A stretch of 64,000 nucleotides of DNA from Rhizodiscina lignyota (Eukaryota): assembly GCA_010015805.1 (NCBI GenBank), contig ML978123.1, forward strand, positions 1,984,001 to 2,048,000, in the 5' to 3' direction. Below the pieces are notes generated by a model, which saw only the letters and a program-made list of their open reading frames with translations, was not told the DNA's origin and did no database searches. The translations under genes and the position numbers were made by a program. Positions 49,573 to 62,389 of this stretch are shown here, piece by piece. Position 1 is the first letter of the stretch; every line of letters starts with the position of its first letter.

Positions 49573-51291
49573 TGACTCCGTTCTTGGAGGTAGGAAATCG
49601 GGCGCTTAGGTCAAGATATCTTGTGGCTTCGAAAAGGGTCAAAACACGCTAATGAGGTGAGGATGGATCGGAAGTGGCGTTACCTAAACTGGCCTAGCGC
49701 TGGATCTGGAGCCATGCGCACTTCGAGATCAAAGCGAACGATATATTATTGCCTTGGATTTCAAAAATGGAACAGACGTGACTGGTGAGATGCAAAAGCT
49801 TAAGAAAGTCGTCAACCCGCCATTTGATGGGCATGCTCACCATCTGAGTGTACAATTATGCTTGCAAGCTGGGTTCTACGCGATCGTGGCTCTGTCTCTC
49901 TCCTTGTGGTTGTTTACCCTTTTGGCTGAGGCTCGGATCCCCTTTCCAGTCTTTGTTCAGTGTCTTGGCAATTCCTCGGAAGATATTGGGGACTAGATAG
50001 TGTCTAATTTGGGAAAATCGCGAGGGCACAATGCGAGATTCGATTATATTTGTAGATCATCCTGACGCGTTCGGCTGGGCCAAAAGCATGTGCTCAGTGA
50101 GCAACAGCAGTCACACAGTTGTCTCAGAGAACGGTCGACTAACAAGGACACGTCGACGCCGATCGTTGGAACGATTCTCGAAGGCCAGAAGCCTCCTCAG
50201 GGTCGCGTCCAGTGTGAGCTGTGCTTCGAGCTTTCTTTTGATTCGGCCCGCTCGTCTCCACATGCCATGGGGTCAATGACGCTAGCGAACGTTTAAGGAA
50301 GTGAACACATGCTGCATTAACATTTGCAAATTGCGCCTATATTTGCACCCGTCAGATAGGAGGCGGCGAAAGTGGCTATATAGATTAGTTGCGAGCAGAG
50401 CGCGGTGCGCGTGGAAGTCGCAGTGGCGAATATCTGGCGGTTGTTTATTGTTTTGTTTCATGTTACTTGGGTAACAGGCAGTCGCGTCTCCAATTGCCAC
50501 CGGCCACGCAGAGCACACCACCTTTGCGCTCCGATCAGCAGACCATTGGCAGGAGGCCTGCGGATCGCACCGCTGACCGCCGCGCCCTCGTCAGACCGTC
50601 AGACTCGTTGCTGCCCTACGAAAAGTTTCGTCGGTCGCGGGGCTGAAGGAGCCGCACGTTCCTTGGCGTTGGCTAACGAGTCAGCACGCGTCCATCACGC
50701 GAAGCTGGAACCTCCAGTTCCCTCGCCTTCCCTCCTCCTCAACCACCTCGCCAGCTACCTGCTCTCTATCACACCACTTCCGCTGCTGAATGTAGCGCCC
50801 TCTTTGTCCGCTGCGCTCAGAACAAAGAACGCGCGGGCATTCCAACATTGCGCGTGGGCTTGTTTACATACACAGCACGTCGCCTCGCATTCCCAGCCGC
50901 AGAACCTAGACAAATACTGAGCGTCGCAACAATACCCTCAATCGACGCGCCACACACGCTGCGTATCTTCTGCCGGATGGATACATCGAACGAAAGTCAC
51001 TTGCGGAGGCCGACGTAGCGCACAAGCACAAGCAACGCGCAGCGCGACCGCCATTCACGCTGGGAGTCGAGCAGACCCGCATTCCTAACAACAATCCAAC
51101 AATCAAACGTCCAGAACAATCGCACAGCAACCTTATCGATTCGAACTAGTGACGCAACGTTGATGTAACTACTGCGACAACCTTCTAGTTACACGCGTTG
51201 TTGTCGTCAGCGCACTGGGACGCCCATCGCGACTTTTTCGCGTCAAATCCGTCGATTTCCGACGAGTCGCTCTGCGCTCGTACCTTCACTC

Positions 51292-54200
51292 ATGGAGATG
51301 AGCTACTCTCCACACAGGGAGGCGGGAGGAACGCTGCATCTGCCTTCGCCGACGCACCCTCATGGGTACCATATCGACATAAACAGACTGCGACGCTCGT
51401 TGTCCCGGTCTCCATCGAAACCGCAGCGTTTCCAATTATTCACAGCATCGCATACGCCTAGCGGATCTCCAGGATCCCCTCTATCACCGCTAGGAGCTTC
51501 ACACCGTTTGGGCTCCAATACAACGAGGGATAGCGGCGGCATACCTGTCTCCCCGCTCGATTCCCATTCCCCATCGACTGCGAGAAAATCAAAATTCCCT
51601 CTTCGACGAAGCACTCCGTTTCGTTCGTCTACCAGGAACAAATCGACACCGAATAGCCCGATGAGACGCGTTCTCTCCGAGTCGAGTAGCCAAGGCAACG
51701 CAATGCCGGCACGGCCTGGCGAGCCATCAAACGAGAACAGTTCCCCAAGCGATGCTGAGAACGCATCCAGGACGGATGCGCGCCCTCCAGGATTTAGGTT
51801 GGAGCTGAACGGGGGCCCAATCAAGTTTGAATTCTCCAGGTCCCTCCAGGAAAATGCAGCACCAGTCAAGTCTAGTCCTCTCAAGCGCAGCGACGGCGTA
51901 ATGAACCTTGAGCAAGGCAACTTTGGAAGCCCTGTCGCAAAACGACGAAGCCTTCACGGAGCGCAGGATTTCGATATGCTGAGGCACGCTCTAGGAGGAG
52001 ACGGTGCCTGCGATGACAGAGACGACGACCATGAGCCAGAATTTTCGTCCTTCTCGCCTGCTCCAAACCGCAATTCGCCTCTGCGGAAGTCTCTTTCTCT
52101 TCGTAAATCGACTCTACAGCAGCGTCACACTCCCAGCCAGACCAGACCTCAGCCACACGAGTTTGCTGTTCCAAGTGTTGCTGCGTCGAAGGCTCGCCAA
52201 CGGTTTTCCTTGGACGGCTCACTTTCTTTTGATACGCAGCCGTTCAACTCGCCATTCCGGCGCTCAGTCCCCCCTCAGAACGGTACACTGTTCCCACAGT
52301 ACAAGAGCATTCCACATCGACCAAGCCCTGCATCCAAGCAGCCCCATCCATTGGCGAATACATTGAGTCCATCGTCATCTGCGTCCAGCCTTGGTGAGGA
52401 TATCGCACCACAGATTTCATTTCTCGAGGAAGCGAGGACAGTGACGACCCAGCCGTATAGAGCGCAAGGATTTTCCAAATCTCTCCCTCTCGGTGCGACG
52501 AGGCCACCTTTGTTGCGTGGGGGAGCTGGCCCGTCAGGTCGAAATGGCCCAGATGCTGGACCTTCTTTCTCCACCCCGGAGGCCTACAGAATGGCAAAGC
52601 CTCATCCTGCTGCGTTCATGTCTACGGGATTGATATCGAAGAAGAACCGCAATGCTGAGCTCCCCGACGAGCCATCAGTCGGATATGTTATGCCCGACAC
52701 TCCTTCCAAACGGGATTCATTTCCACCAATGTCGTCTACGCCTTTCCGCCGTAGCACCGTTGCAAGCACTGCCGGTTTCCAGCATGAATTCGGAAGTCCA
52801 AGCTCGCCATTCTCCGCTCATGCTAGGAAGCTATCCACTGAAACATTTGGGAAGGGAGTTAGTACGTTTGGATCTCGGATGTCGACCGGCGCCCTCAATC
52901 GAAAGGCCAGCTTCACAAGCTTTGATGGAGATGATCAAGCTCAATCTCCCCCTCACATGGCCGAGAGTCAGTCGAGCAATGACGAATTTCCTCCTACGCC
53001 GACGAAGCCGAGTGAAGGAAGGCGATCGAAAGAAAACAGTCTCAGGAGTAGCCTCTTTGGACGCCGACGATCTGTGAATCCAGACACATTTCTGCCTCCT
53101 ACGGTCGATGCCCAAACTGCACCGCTCAGGAACAGTGAGTCCCCCATTCTTAGCGTATTGCCTGAGAGCCATGAGGAGTTAAAAACGGGGCAATTCGATC
53201 CCATTTCTCCATCAGTTACTAGCATGCAAAATCGTCGTTCTACATTACTGTCATTCGCGCAATCTCGTCTGTTACGTCAGTCAAGGCGGGCAGTTTCAGT
53301 TCCCTTGCCTAATCTTTCCATTAAAATATCTCCCCCTTCCCCATCATCAATACACTTTACTAAAGTATCTTATCTCTCCGCAGCTACTCCCACAGATGAC
53401 AAAGATGGTTCTCGACTATCATCACCTCATACACCTCAAGACTCATTTCATCCACCTGATCCAAGTGGACTTACAATATCGGGAAAGAGTCATACGCCAA
53501 ATCCCTTCAAGCTAAGCACCTCAAGCAATATCAGCCTCCCTCCCGCAACTCCAACAGCATCTCGAGATTACATGTTTCCGTTCGGTGAAGCACCGGCTGG
53601 TGGGGTCAAGGGTGTGCGCAAGAACGATGTCGATACTGCCTTGACCTCCCGCTTTGGAAAAGCCGAAGCAATTGGCGTGGGTGAATTCTCGCAAGTGTAC
53701 AGGGTAGTAAATCCTTTACATTCTTCGGATCAAGCCTTCAGCCACTCTTTCAGCAATTATGGAAGTGTCTGGGCTGTCAAGAAGAGCAAGCGTCCGTTTG
53801 CTGGAGTCAAGGATAAGGAAAAGAAGATGCGCGAAGTGAGAATCTTGAAAGCTCTTCGTGGTCACGATCACATCATTCAATTCACCGACTGCTGGGAGTC
53901 AAAGGGCTACTTGTACATCCAGACCGAGTTCTGTGAGAACGGCAACCTGGAACACTTCCTTCTCAAAGCTGGTAACCAGGGGCGGCTGGATGATTTTCGC
54001 ATCTGGAAAATCCTGCTTGAGTTGTCCTTAGTAAGTGCATAGGGTCTTGTAGAACCCCGTTACCGGTACACTGATGCAGAGCAGGGAGTCAAACATATCC
54101 ATGAGAGCAACTTCATTCACCTTGATTTGAAGCCAGCAAATATCTTCATAGATTGGGAAGGCGTCTTAAAGATTGGAGACTTTGGACTCGCAAGCACCTG

Positions 54201-54804
54201 GCCTGCGCCTGCCAACATTGATGGCGAAGGTGACCGAGAATACATTGGACCCGAAATCCTCTCCGGCCGGTTCGACAAGCCTGCAGACATCTTCGCTCTG
54301 GGTATGATCGTACTAGAGATTGCTGGCAACATCGTCCTACCTGACAACGGCACCTCATGGCAGCGACTCAGGGCGGGCGACATGAGTGATCTTCCGAGCC
54401 TAACGTTTAGCTCCGAGGGTAGTCTCCCTCGCAATTCATCCGGCGATCCTGTCAACGCGCCCCCTCACAGGTCTCGTGAAACACTGGGCGGATCGGATGG
54501 CGAGGACGGCAATTTCAAGTTTGACCGTGACACTTCGCCGACGCCTCAGCGGATTGAGCAACTCGTCGAGCCACCAAACTTTATGATCGACCCTGAAGAC
54601 GATGAGGCTTTGGACAAGGTCGTACTGTGGATGATTTCACCGGAGCCAGATGATCGCCCAGTCATCGATCAAGTGTACAATCTTAATGCCGTGCAGTGGG
54701 TTGAGAGGCGCAGGAGGGCTGGTGCCACGGTTTATGAAGGCAACTATGGACCTGCAGACGATGTTCTCAACCATGACCGCGATGTTGACATGACTGACGC
54801 ATAG
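51292..54804 (+). CDS. WEE1: Wee1/Swe1/Mik1-family mitotic inhibitor kinase; intron 54031-54084 and probable in-frame intron 53135-53383
   Basis: PHPAAFMSTGLISKKNR, MPDTPSKR, IGVGEFSQVYRV, LYIQTEFCENG, RLDDFRIWKILLEL, HLDLKPANIFI, KIGDFGLA, EGDREYI and SWQRLRAGD. Confidence 0.93.
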
Positions 54805-55749
54805 TGAAAGCCGCGTCAGGGAATTAACTTGTAGGATGTTGCTTCCTTTGGAATGGGACAGACTGCAGCACAGTGCATCGACTGGGATTTGGCTACTGGT
54901 TTATCACTTGCGGAAAAAAAGGATGTGTCTTGGGACCGTGAGGTCTGTCTGGGATACTCCATCTGTACATCTGTATGAGTACCTTTGGTGACAGACATGT
55001 CACCACACGACTAGTGATTGCTTTTGGAACGAGGTCGACGGAGGAACTTGTGCTTTGACGGGGGGTTGATTGGGCTCGTGAGGTTTCTTACGACGGCCTG
55101 TTGCTGGTTCTTGCGAGTTCGGATGATGCACCGGAGGGAGGATGCTACTGTTTTTGCTGACGAAGTGATGACTTATCGGGAATACTAGGGAGGACGAAGG
55201 ACTGAGCAGTACCATTAAGCGTACGTTAGCTGGGCATTAGTGACAGTGTAGATCGAAAGCATAGTTAGGCCCGAACAAAGAGTCTCCATCTCCCACGTAC
55301 GATCAGCGGGTGAAACATGGCATTCTTGAATTCGCGGCGAACGCGCAGTCGGAATGTCTTTCGGCGCTAGCCTCCTTCGCCCACACCGACGCGGATCTCG
55401 TTTCTTCCCTTCCACCCCGACAGGCCAGGCCAGGCACATCTGTTGAAAACTCACCTTCTCTCTCCGCACTCCACGCACCACCTCATTCGCCTTCGTATAC
55501 ATCCCATCTTCAGCGACGAAGGCATATGCACACTGCTTATTACGGCCTTTTTTGGCGCCACTCGCCCACAGAGCCTTTCCGTGCTGCCGACGGCCCACGC
55601 GAGCCACCCACGTATCGAAAGCCCATAGGTCGATGACGACCTAACGACGTCTCTTTGGACACAACTCACTTTCCACCACGCCGCTTCACCAACCACCGTT
55701 CGCAGCTTGCAATGATACCACTGCCGATATCCACTCCGCGGGAGACAGC

Positions 55750-58700
55750 ATGACAGATACTGTACATTCCACGGCCGGCCCCGTGGAGCGGAGCGCAAGT
55801 CCTGCGCCCGCGACGACGACAGGAATGGCTGCCTCCAAAACCTCCGCCGCTCCTAAACCGCCGACAAACGGCACCAGCTTGTCCCAGGCCCTGGCTGGAG
55901 CATCGTCGCCCTCTGCACTCGCTTCGCCCATATCCTCGCGTGATTCCTCGCCCGCCAGAAGACAACGCGTCACTTCCGCAGTGAGCAACTCGCGTAAAAA
56001 TAGCCACGACTCAAGCCCCCATCGGCCTCCCTCTCTGCCTGGTACCTCGACCACAATACCCTCTGCTGCTGCGATCCAGCGGGCTCTTTCGGCGACGAGC
56101 ACGCCGCAGCTTCAACCTACGCTCACATCCGAACCTGCCCCGAGATACCCTCGCGCACAGCGATCAGGCCCTACAAGTGTTGGAGAAGACAGCGCGCCGC
56201 AGTGGCCGGTATCACCACGCCTCAAGTCACCCCCGCCGTCATCGTCTAGCTCTCGGAGGAACTCTTTGCGAAGCCCGCAAAAGCAAGCCGAGCCACCTCT
56301 GGTCGCGCCAAGCATAGTCGTCCAGAGCTCGACTCCAACATCAACACCCTCATTCTCAGGGCGGGACAATGGCCTTCCTGTCGCAGGCTTGGATGAAGTC
56401 ATAGTGTCACAACCAAGAAAAGAAAGAGGCGTTACTGGCCCGCCAGCTTTGGAAACCGTTGAAGAGGGTAGCATTCCATCCACACCAAGTACTGAGATTA
56501 GCGAGGATCAAGCGTATGTTTGCTTGCGACTTGCACACCAAGTGACGCAATGCTAATATATCTAGTCTGAGCAAACAAACTACAGCCGAATATCAGCCCA
56601 AGGGCGAACTCACTGTCAATTCTGCTGACAATTCCGATTTATCCGCTTCGGAGACAGCTGCTAAGCCAAACGAGAGTGGCAGTGATAGCGCAGGCAACAA
56701 GAGTAAAGACAAAACTGACAAACGTGCTGAGAACGAGGCGGATAAGACTTTGCGCTCGAAATCAATCCAACCCAAGACTTCTTATACAAGTCTCGCATCC
56801 ATCAAGGCGAAATCCGCCGCCGAGCCGGCATCAAGAAAGATGACAGTCGAGACTGAGACGGTCAGCTCGACGGTTCAACCCACGCTCGGCGGTGCCTCTA
56901 GCGATCGCAATGCGTTGAACAAAGGCGAGCCTGGTGGCAGCCTTCGACTCCGGCCGAGTAATGAGACGATCCGTCCGAAGAAGGAGCGGAAGAAATCAAG
57001 AAAGGCGCCGTCGATCAATTCCGGCACCGGTATGTTCCCAAATGTGGTTCCTTCTGCGCTTGGCTTTCACCATCATTTGCATCACAACCACAGCCTCGAG
57101 AGTGCAAGGCCAGACCTGAGACCTCGGTCGCAGACGTCGCCTACACTTCCGAGCGTCCCTGATGGCACTGCCATTGCGGCTGCGAATCTGCAGTCGTACT
57201 GGGCGTCACGATTTCCTAGCCCCGAATCTAATTTTCCGTATATCCACATGTTGAATCTCAATCTCAAGAATCAAGCCCCGCCATCAAACAGTACTGATAT
57301 CAGTCTGCGAAAAGCGTCTTCCAAGGCGGACATCTTTGAGCAGAAGGTTGCTAGTGCCGTCGATGATGTTAATTCATCGGACTCCGACGAAACGTTCGTG
57401 TACGAATCCAACCCACCAGAGTCACAGCCGCGACGAAGCAGGCATCACTCCAGAACACCAAGCGCAACGAGCATGGCTAGTATGGCCGACCCGAGAAGTG
57501 GTCTGAGGAGTTTAGGTTTAGCGACAGTACTCAACACAGATAGAGGGGTTTCGGGAAAGAGAAGTATGAAGTTCGCAAACAATCCATACAGCAGTTCCGG
57601 AGCGGACGACGATTCAGTTGATCGTCCAGATGGAACGCTACGCGGCGGCACAGTACGTCCGAGCGCTGGCAGCGGCTTGCACCACCATCACATGAGCCGT
57701 CACAATCGCGGAGGACTAGGGCCCACGTCGGCATTTGATGAGGACTTGTTCACACAAGCATCGAAACGCCCTGGCATCGGGTCAAGGCAGTCATCGAGAC
57801 CTACGAGCCCACGCGTAGCAAGTTTTCGAGCAAATGGAAATGGCAATGGCAATGGCAATGGCAATGGTACCTCACGGAAGAACGAAGGCTATGCGTCCTA
57901 CGACCTTGATGCTGACGGCGCAGACGACGAACGCACGCCGCTCATCGGCACTGTCCGAACTCTTCGCGGCGTACGCAATCCACGAGTCCCCGCCAGTATT
58001 CGATTACGTCAATTAGAGCGTGAAGAACATTCGCGAAGTTATTGGCTCAAGCGGTTCGCTGGCTGCGCAGTCATGACCGTCATGGTCGCTGCCGTTGTGC
58101 TTGGTGCTGTCGGATTCTTCTTTGTAACGACCAAACCGCTGTATGAGGTCGATGTGAAGGAGATCCGCAACGTTCTTGCCAGCGAACAGGAAATCATGAT
58201 GGACTTGATGGTCGAGGCAATCAATCCCAATCTGATGACTATATCAGTTGCGGACATGGATGTCAATGTATTTGCGAAGAGCAAACATGTTGGAAGCGAG
58301 AAGTGGTGGCGCGATCATGGCAAACCTCCACCGCCGCCAGTGAAGAAGGCTGAACGACGACAGCAGCGGGAAAAGCGGGAAATTAGTACAACGTCGAAGC
58401 AATGGGTTGACACTGACGACTTTGGCTTCGACTGGCCACTCCCGAACGATCCGGATGAGTTACCCGAAGGCGACCCTCAGATGATGCTACTTGGTCGCGT
58501 GCTGCATTTCGATAATGCGCTCACGTTCGACGGCTCACCTATCAAGCGCCATCTACACTATTCCGTCGGCGAGTTCAGAGTATCGCACCCTGGCAACAAG
58601 ACCGAGGCCGGCGGCACTGAGAGATGGGAGAGAGTACTGCAGGATAAGTTTGAGTTGATTGTAAGAGGGATTCTGAAATATAACCTGCCGCTGTCAACGC

Positions 58701-59014
58701 ATGTCATCGCAGCACCGATCGATGCGAGTGTCATGGTGCATCCTGAGAAAGGCGTTGATGGGCATGGCAGGATGGCGCTTGGGAGAACGAGGAGTCGGAA
58801 ATATCCCAGCGGCGGTGAAGAGCAAAGTCCATTCATTTCGCACGAGGGACAGGGAGTTGTGTGGCATGGAAAGCAGCCCGAGGATGAGAGATCCGGCGGG
58901 AAAGAGAGTAAGGATCACAAGGACACGGGAGACGAGGACGTAGTCGGGCCTGACGAGCGGCATCGACGCCTTGTACGCTCCGCGAGATTCAGCAATGTTC
59001 AAGCATCAGCATAG
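55750..59014 (+). CDS. VAC7: Vacuolar segregation protein Vac7 (Fab1 regulator); intron 56514-56565 and probable in-frame intron 57030-57314
   Basis: MTVETETVSS, SSKADIFEQKVASAVDD..SSDSDETFVYESNP, ADDERTPL, one TM helix, then IRNVLASEQEIMMDL.VEAINPN and FELIVRGILKY.LPL. Confidence 0.88.
57832..57868 (+). repeat. (AATGGC)n coding microsatellite encoding (NG)6 in Vac7
   Basis: aatggaaatggcaatggcaatggcaatggcaatggt. Confidence 0.85.
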
Positions 59015-60566
59015 CGATGGAGCTGCAGTTCGCAGCTACGACTGACAGGATCAAAAAGAGATACCCCAAAAGTGGAGTGCAACATACTTGCTTCCGCTCA
59101 GCGCAGATTTTCTTGTTTTGGAGACTGGACTTTCGCTTCAAAGTAGTCTCGGTCAACCTGCTTTTAGGCAGCGACGAATTTCATTCCGTTCTTTTACTTC
59201 TTCTCCAAAGCGTGTGCTCTAGAGACTCCGACATTGTGGACGTGGCTCGACAGCCAATTTCTTTTATGTCTTGCTTTCAACACCTTCACAGCATGTAAAT
59301 TGATTAGCGTTCTAGCGAGGAGATGGTGTTTTGTTTAGGTCGGCCATTGGATCAAAGGCAAGGCGGACATATCGTCGACAGTCGTCAGTCGTCGGCAGCG
59401 GAAACTACAGGGTGTTCTTCATTATTTTTGGGTTTTTGGGCCCTCAATCTTTTCCTGTTCTCTTCTGGAACTGGCACAAGATTGATCAGAGCCGGTTCCG
59501 AGGTTCATGGGAAGGGATTGGGAATGGGGGAAATGGGTATAGATAAAAAGAAACCAACTTCAACAACACGTTTTGCCGCGTCTGGCTCTGGCCTCTGGAT
59601 GTGGATGCACATGGCCACAGACTGGCGTGGCATGAGGGCTACTTGTAGGCTTAAGATACCAAATCCTGTAACTGTATTTCGTACTGCTGCGGCAGGGCAT
59701 CGAAAGGAGAGCAATGCATGATAGTTGCAGACAGACCGCTTCACTTTTACCGTGTGAGCCAATTGAGTGAATGAACTTAGTGCTGGGAACTCCATGCAGC
59801 AACTGTCGATGGCCATTCTGTACTCTGAGTCCCATCCATTGCTCTTACACGCAACGAAAGAGGTGTATTTGATTGAGCAATAATGCTCGAGCGATACACC
59901 GCATTACGAGAGCATATGCAACTTTGGCTCAGAACGTGAGAGGGTGACGTGTCCAGGGATGCTGCGTTCCAGCATTGTGATGAGTTCATGTGGTTGGCCT
60001 CGAGGGCAAGGAAATGCCTGCATACTTGAGCGAGTCATGCGTTCGAGAAGTACGAAGTGCAGGGCACGACACATATGATGCTTGGGCACCAAGCATTATC
60101 ACATCATTGCGGGGTCGAAGAGGGGAAGAGAAAGTCACAGTCACTGATGAGAGCAGAGGGGATTGTTTGAGACCGTAAAGTAGTCAATTTTGAATTGCAG
60201 AGATGCCCTCTGAGTCGTGATATGCAGTTGATCATCCGTAAAGTAGCACCGGGCGGCCATGTGATGGCGCCCTGCTCCGATAACGACCGGCCCCCGAAGA
60301 ATCAGCAAAATGAGCCCACTCCATCCTCACAAGACCCGTCGCGCCGACGCTGTGATTTTGAAAACAGCCTTCTGCGCCTCAACTCCGCAGTTACGGAACT
60401 TCTGGGCGAATTTTGAGCCGCCTGGACGAACCTCGCCACCCGGAGCCTTGGCCTTCCGCACGCTGTCGCTGTCGCTGCTCGAGCGACTCGACACGCTGCC
60501 GTGATTGCTGGAAGGAGACGTGCGACCCACGCCTTTCATGTTCACCTTGGTGGGTCGCGCCTCATG

Positions 60567-61211
60567 TTATTCGATGCCGTGTTGCTGCTTGAGGGCTTCT
60601 AAGTTGGCCTTACGATCCTCAAGGTCCGATTTTGACTTGGCCATCTTCTCGGGCTGGTGATACAGCACTGTACAAACAAACAATTAACGTCCAGACATGA
60701 TAAATGAGGGTAACATTGTATGACGGAAGCACATACCAACAAGATAGCGGTTTTGGAAGTTGAAGCCGTTCAGTTTGTCGCAGGCTTGCTTGGCATCTAC
60801 AACATCCTCATAGACAACGAACGCGGTGCCTTTCGTATTGTTCGCGATACCCTGGCGGATTTGACTATCACAGACGTCAGTAATGCTCTTCAAATGCATG
60901 GTCGCGTGCCACATTGCTAGTGTTGGACGCGCCACGGCGTGGAGGAGACATACCGCACAGAGCCAAACTTGCCGAAGAGATCGAAGAGCTCTTCCGGAGT
61001 GACGTTGTAGCTGTTATCCAATGTCAGATTACCCTCTCGTACCCTCTCGACGCGCTCGGAGGGCCGCGCAAGCGGTGCATACCTCAAGTTCTTGACGAAA
61101 AGAGCACTGCGTGTTCGCTCGAGTCAGCCTTTGCCACCTCTCAAAGGGAAGCAGCGGGGTGGAGGGCACTCACCGATTGACTTCTGGGGCAAGCTTTCCA
61201 CCTCTGCTCAT
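60567..61211 (-). CDS. SF3B6: Pre-mRNA branch-site protein p14 (SF3B6/SF3b14a); 4 introns
   Basis: Spliced [91 protein letters not shown]...KQQHGIE*. Confidence 0.95.
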
Positions 61212-61720
61212 CTTCTGGAGTGTTCGAGTGCCGTGGGATGTTGTGGTTGAAGAGTAAGAGAGGAGAAGCAGCGGGGGCTTTCCTTGGCTTGTGTCAAGTG
61301 AGGATCGACGTCTTGGAATTAGCGTGGCACGTGATGAGTTCGTGTGACGATGACGGGAAATCCGAGAGGTTGAGGATGGGTTTGTGGGAGTGGAGTGGAA
61401 GTTGGAGGGAGAAGATGTATCGATGATGTTTTATGTTAGAGCGCCTAGGCAGCTACGGAGCTATGGGGAAGTCACCCGGCGTTTGGTTCGCGCCTGCGCA
61501 TTCCAGTGCGCAGCTTCAATCGGCCATGCTGCATCGTCGGTGTTAAGCACGTATGAGAGGGTTAAAATTGGCATATTGCGTACACTGTTGCTCTCTAATT
61601 CACTTCGCCACTATCGCTCTATTTACTATGGAATGATTGAGCAGATGGTATAACTAGAGGCCTACTTAGGAGAGTGACCACTGAAATATGAGAGATCTGG
61701 TTGGTGTGGAGTGAAGCGAT

Positions 61721-61738
61721 GGTTAGGGTTAGGGTTAG
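61721..61738 (+). repeat. Short interstitial telomere-type repeat (GGTTAG)3
   Basis: ggttagggttagggttag in the p14/JHD1 divergent intergenic region. Confidence 0.8.
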
Positions 61739-62389
61739 CTCCTCCAATATCAGAGTACATACCAATCTGCAGCTGTTCTACTCTCTGAGGGCGCGACTAG
61801 AGTGATAGCGACGCTTGATGGGAATGTGCTCTTCTCTGCATGCTCCCCTTGCTTCGAGGAGGTCATGAGAGGCATAAATCGGCGGCAGGATGATAAAATG
61901 TCTATAGTTGAGGCATCTTGGGGTCGCTGAAAGTCGTACGTGAAGCATCACTACTTGGCCTTGATGATCGCTCTAGAGGCGAGGGAGAGAACAGATTGCA
62001 GATAGGGCTCTTTAAGTCAATAGATTCGACCATCAAGGTCATATGTTTTGAAGCGACCCGTTGAGAGAGCTGTCACAAATGACAGAGCTCGGAGGTCCGT
62101 GGGAAGCTGGCCTGGCAGCCTTGCTCGCTCGCCCAGGCGGCGGGGACCTCGACCTGTCGACCGCACAACAACCAGAGGAATACTTTCACCCACTCTCTTC
62201 CAATCCTCACAACCACCTCCCATCGCCTCGCTCAGCGCACTTCCACGCTAGCTGGCCCCCATGATATGAGCGCCAACGCTGGGCACGGCTCTTATTTGTG
62301 TCGTGCGGCGTGGTAAACGCCCACCGACCACCCCCGAACCCCTCAGTCACCTCCGAAACCACTCTTCAATCCCATCAACTTTCCTCAGC

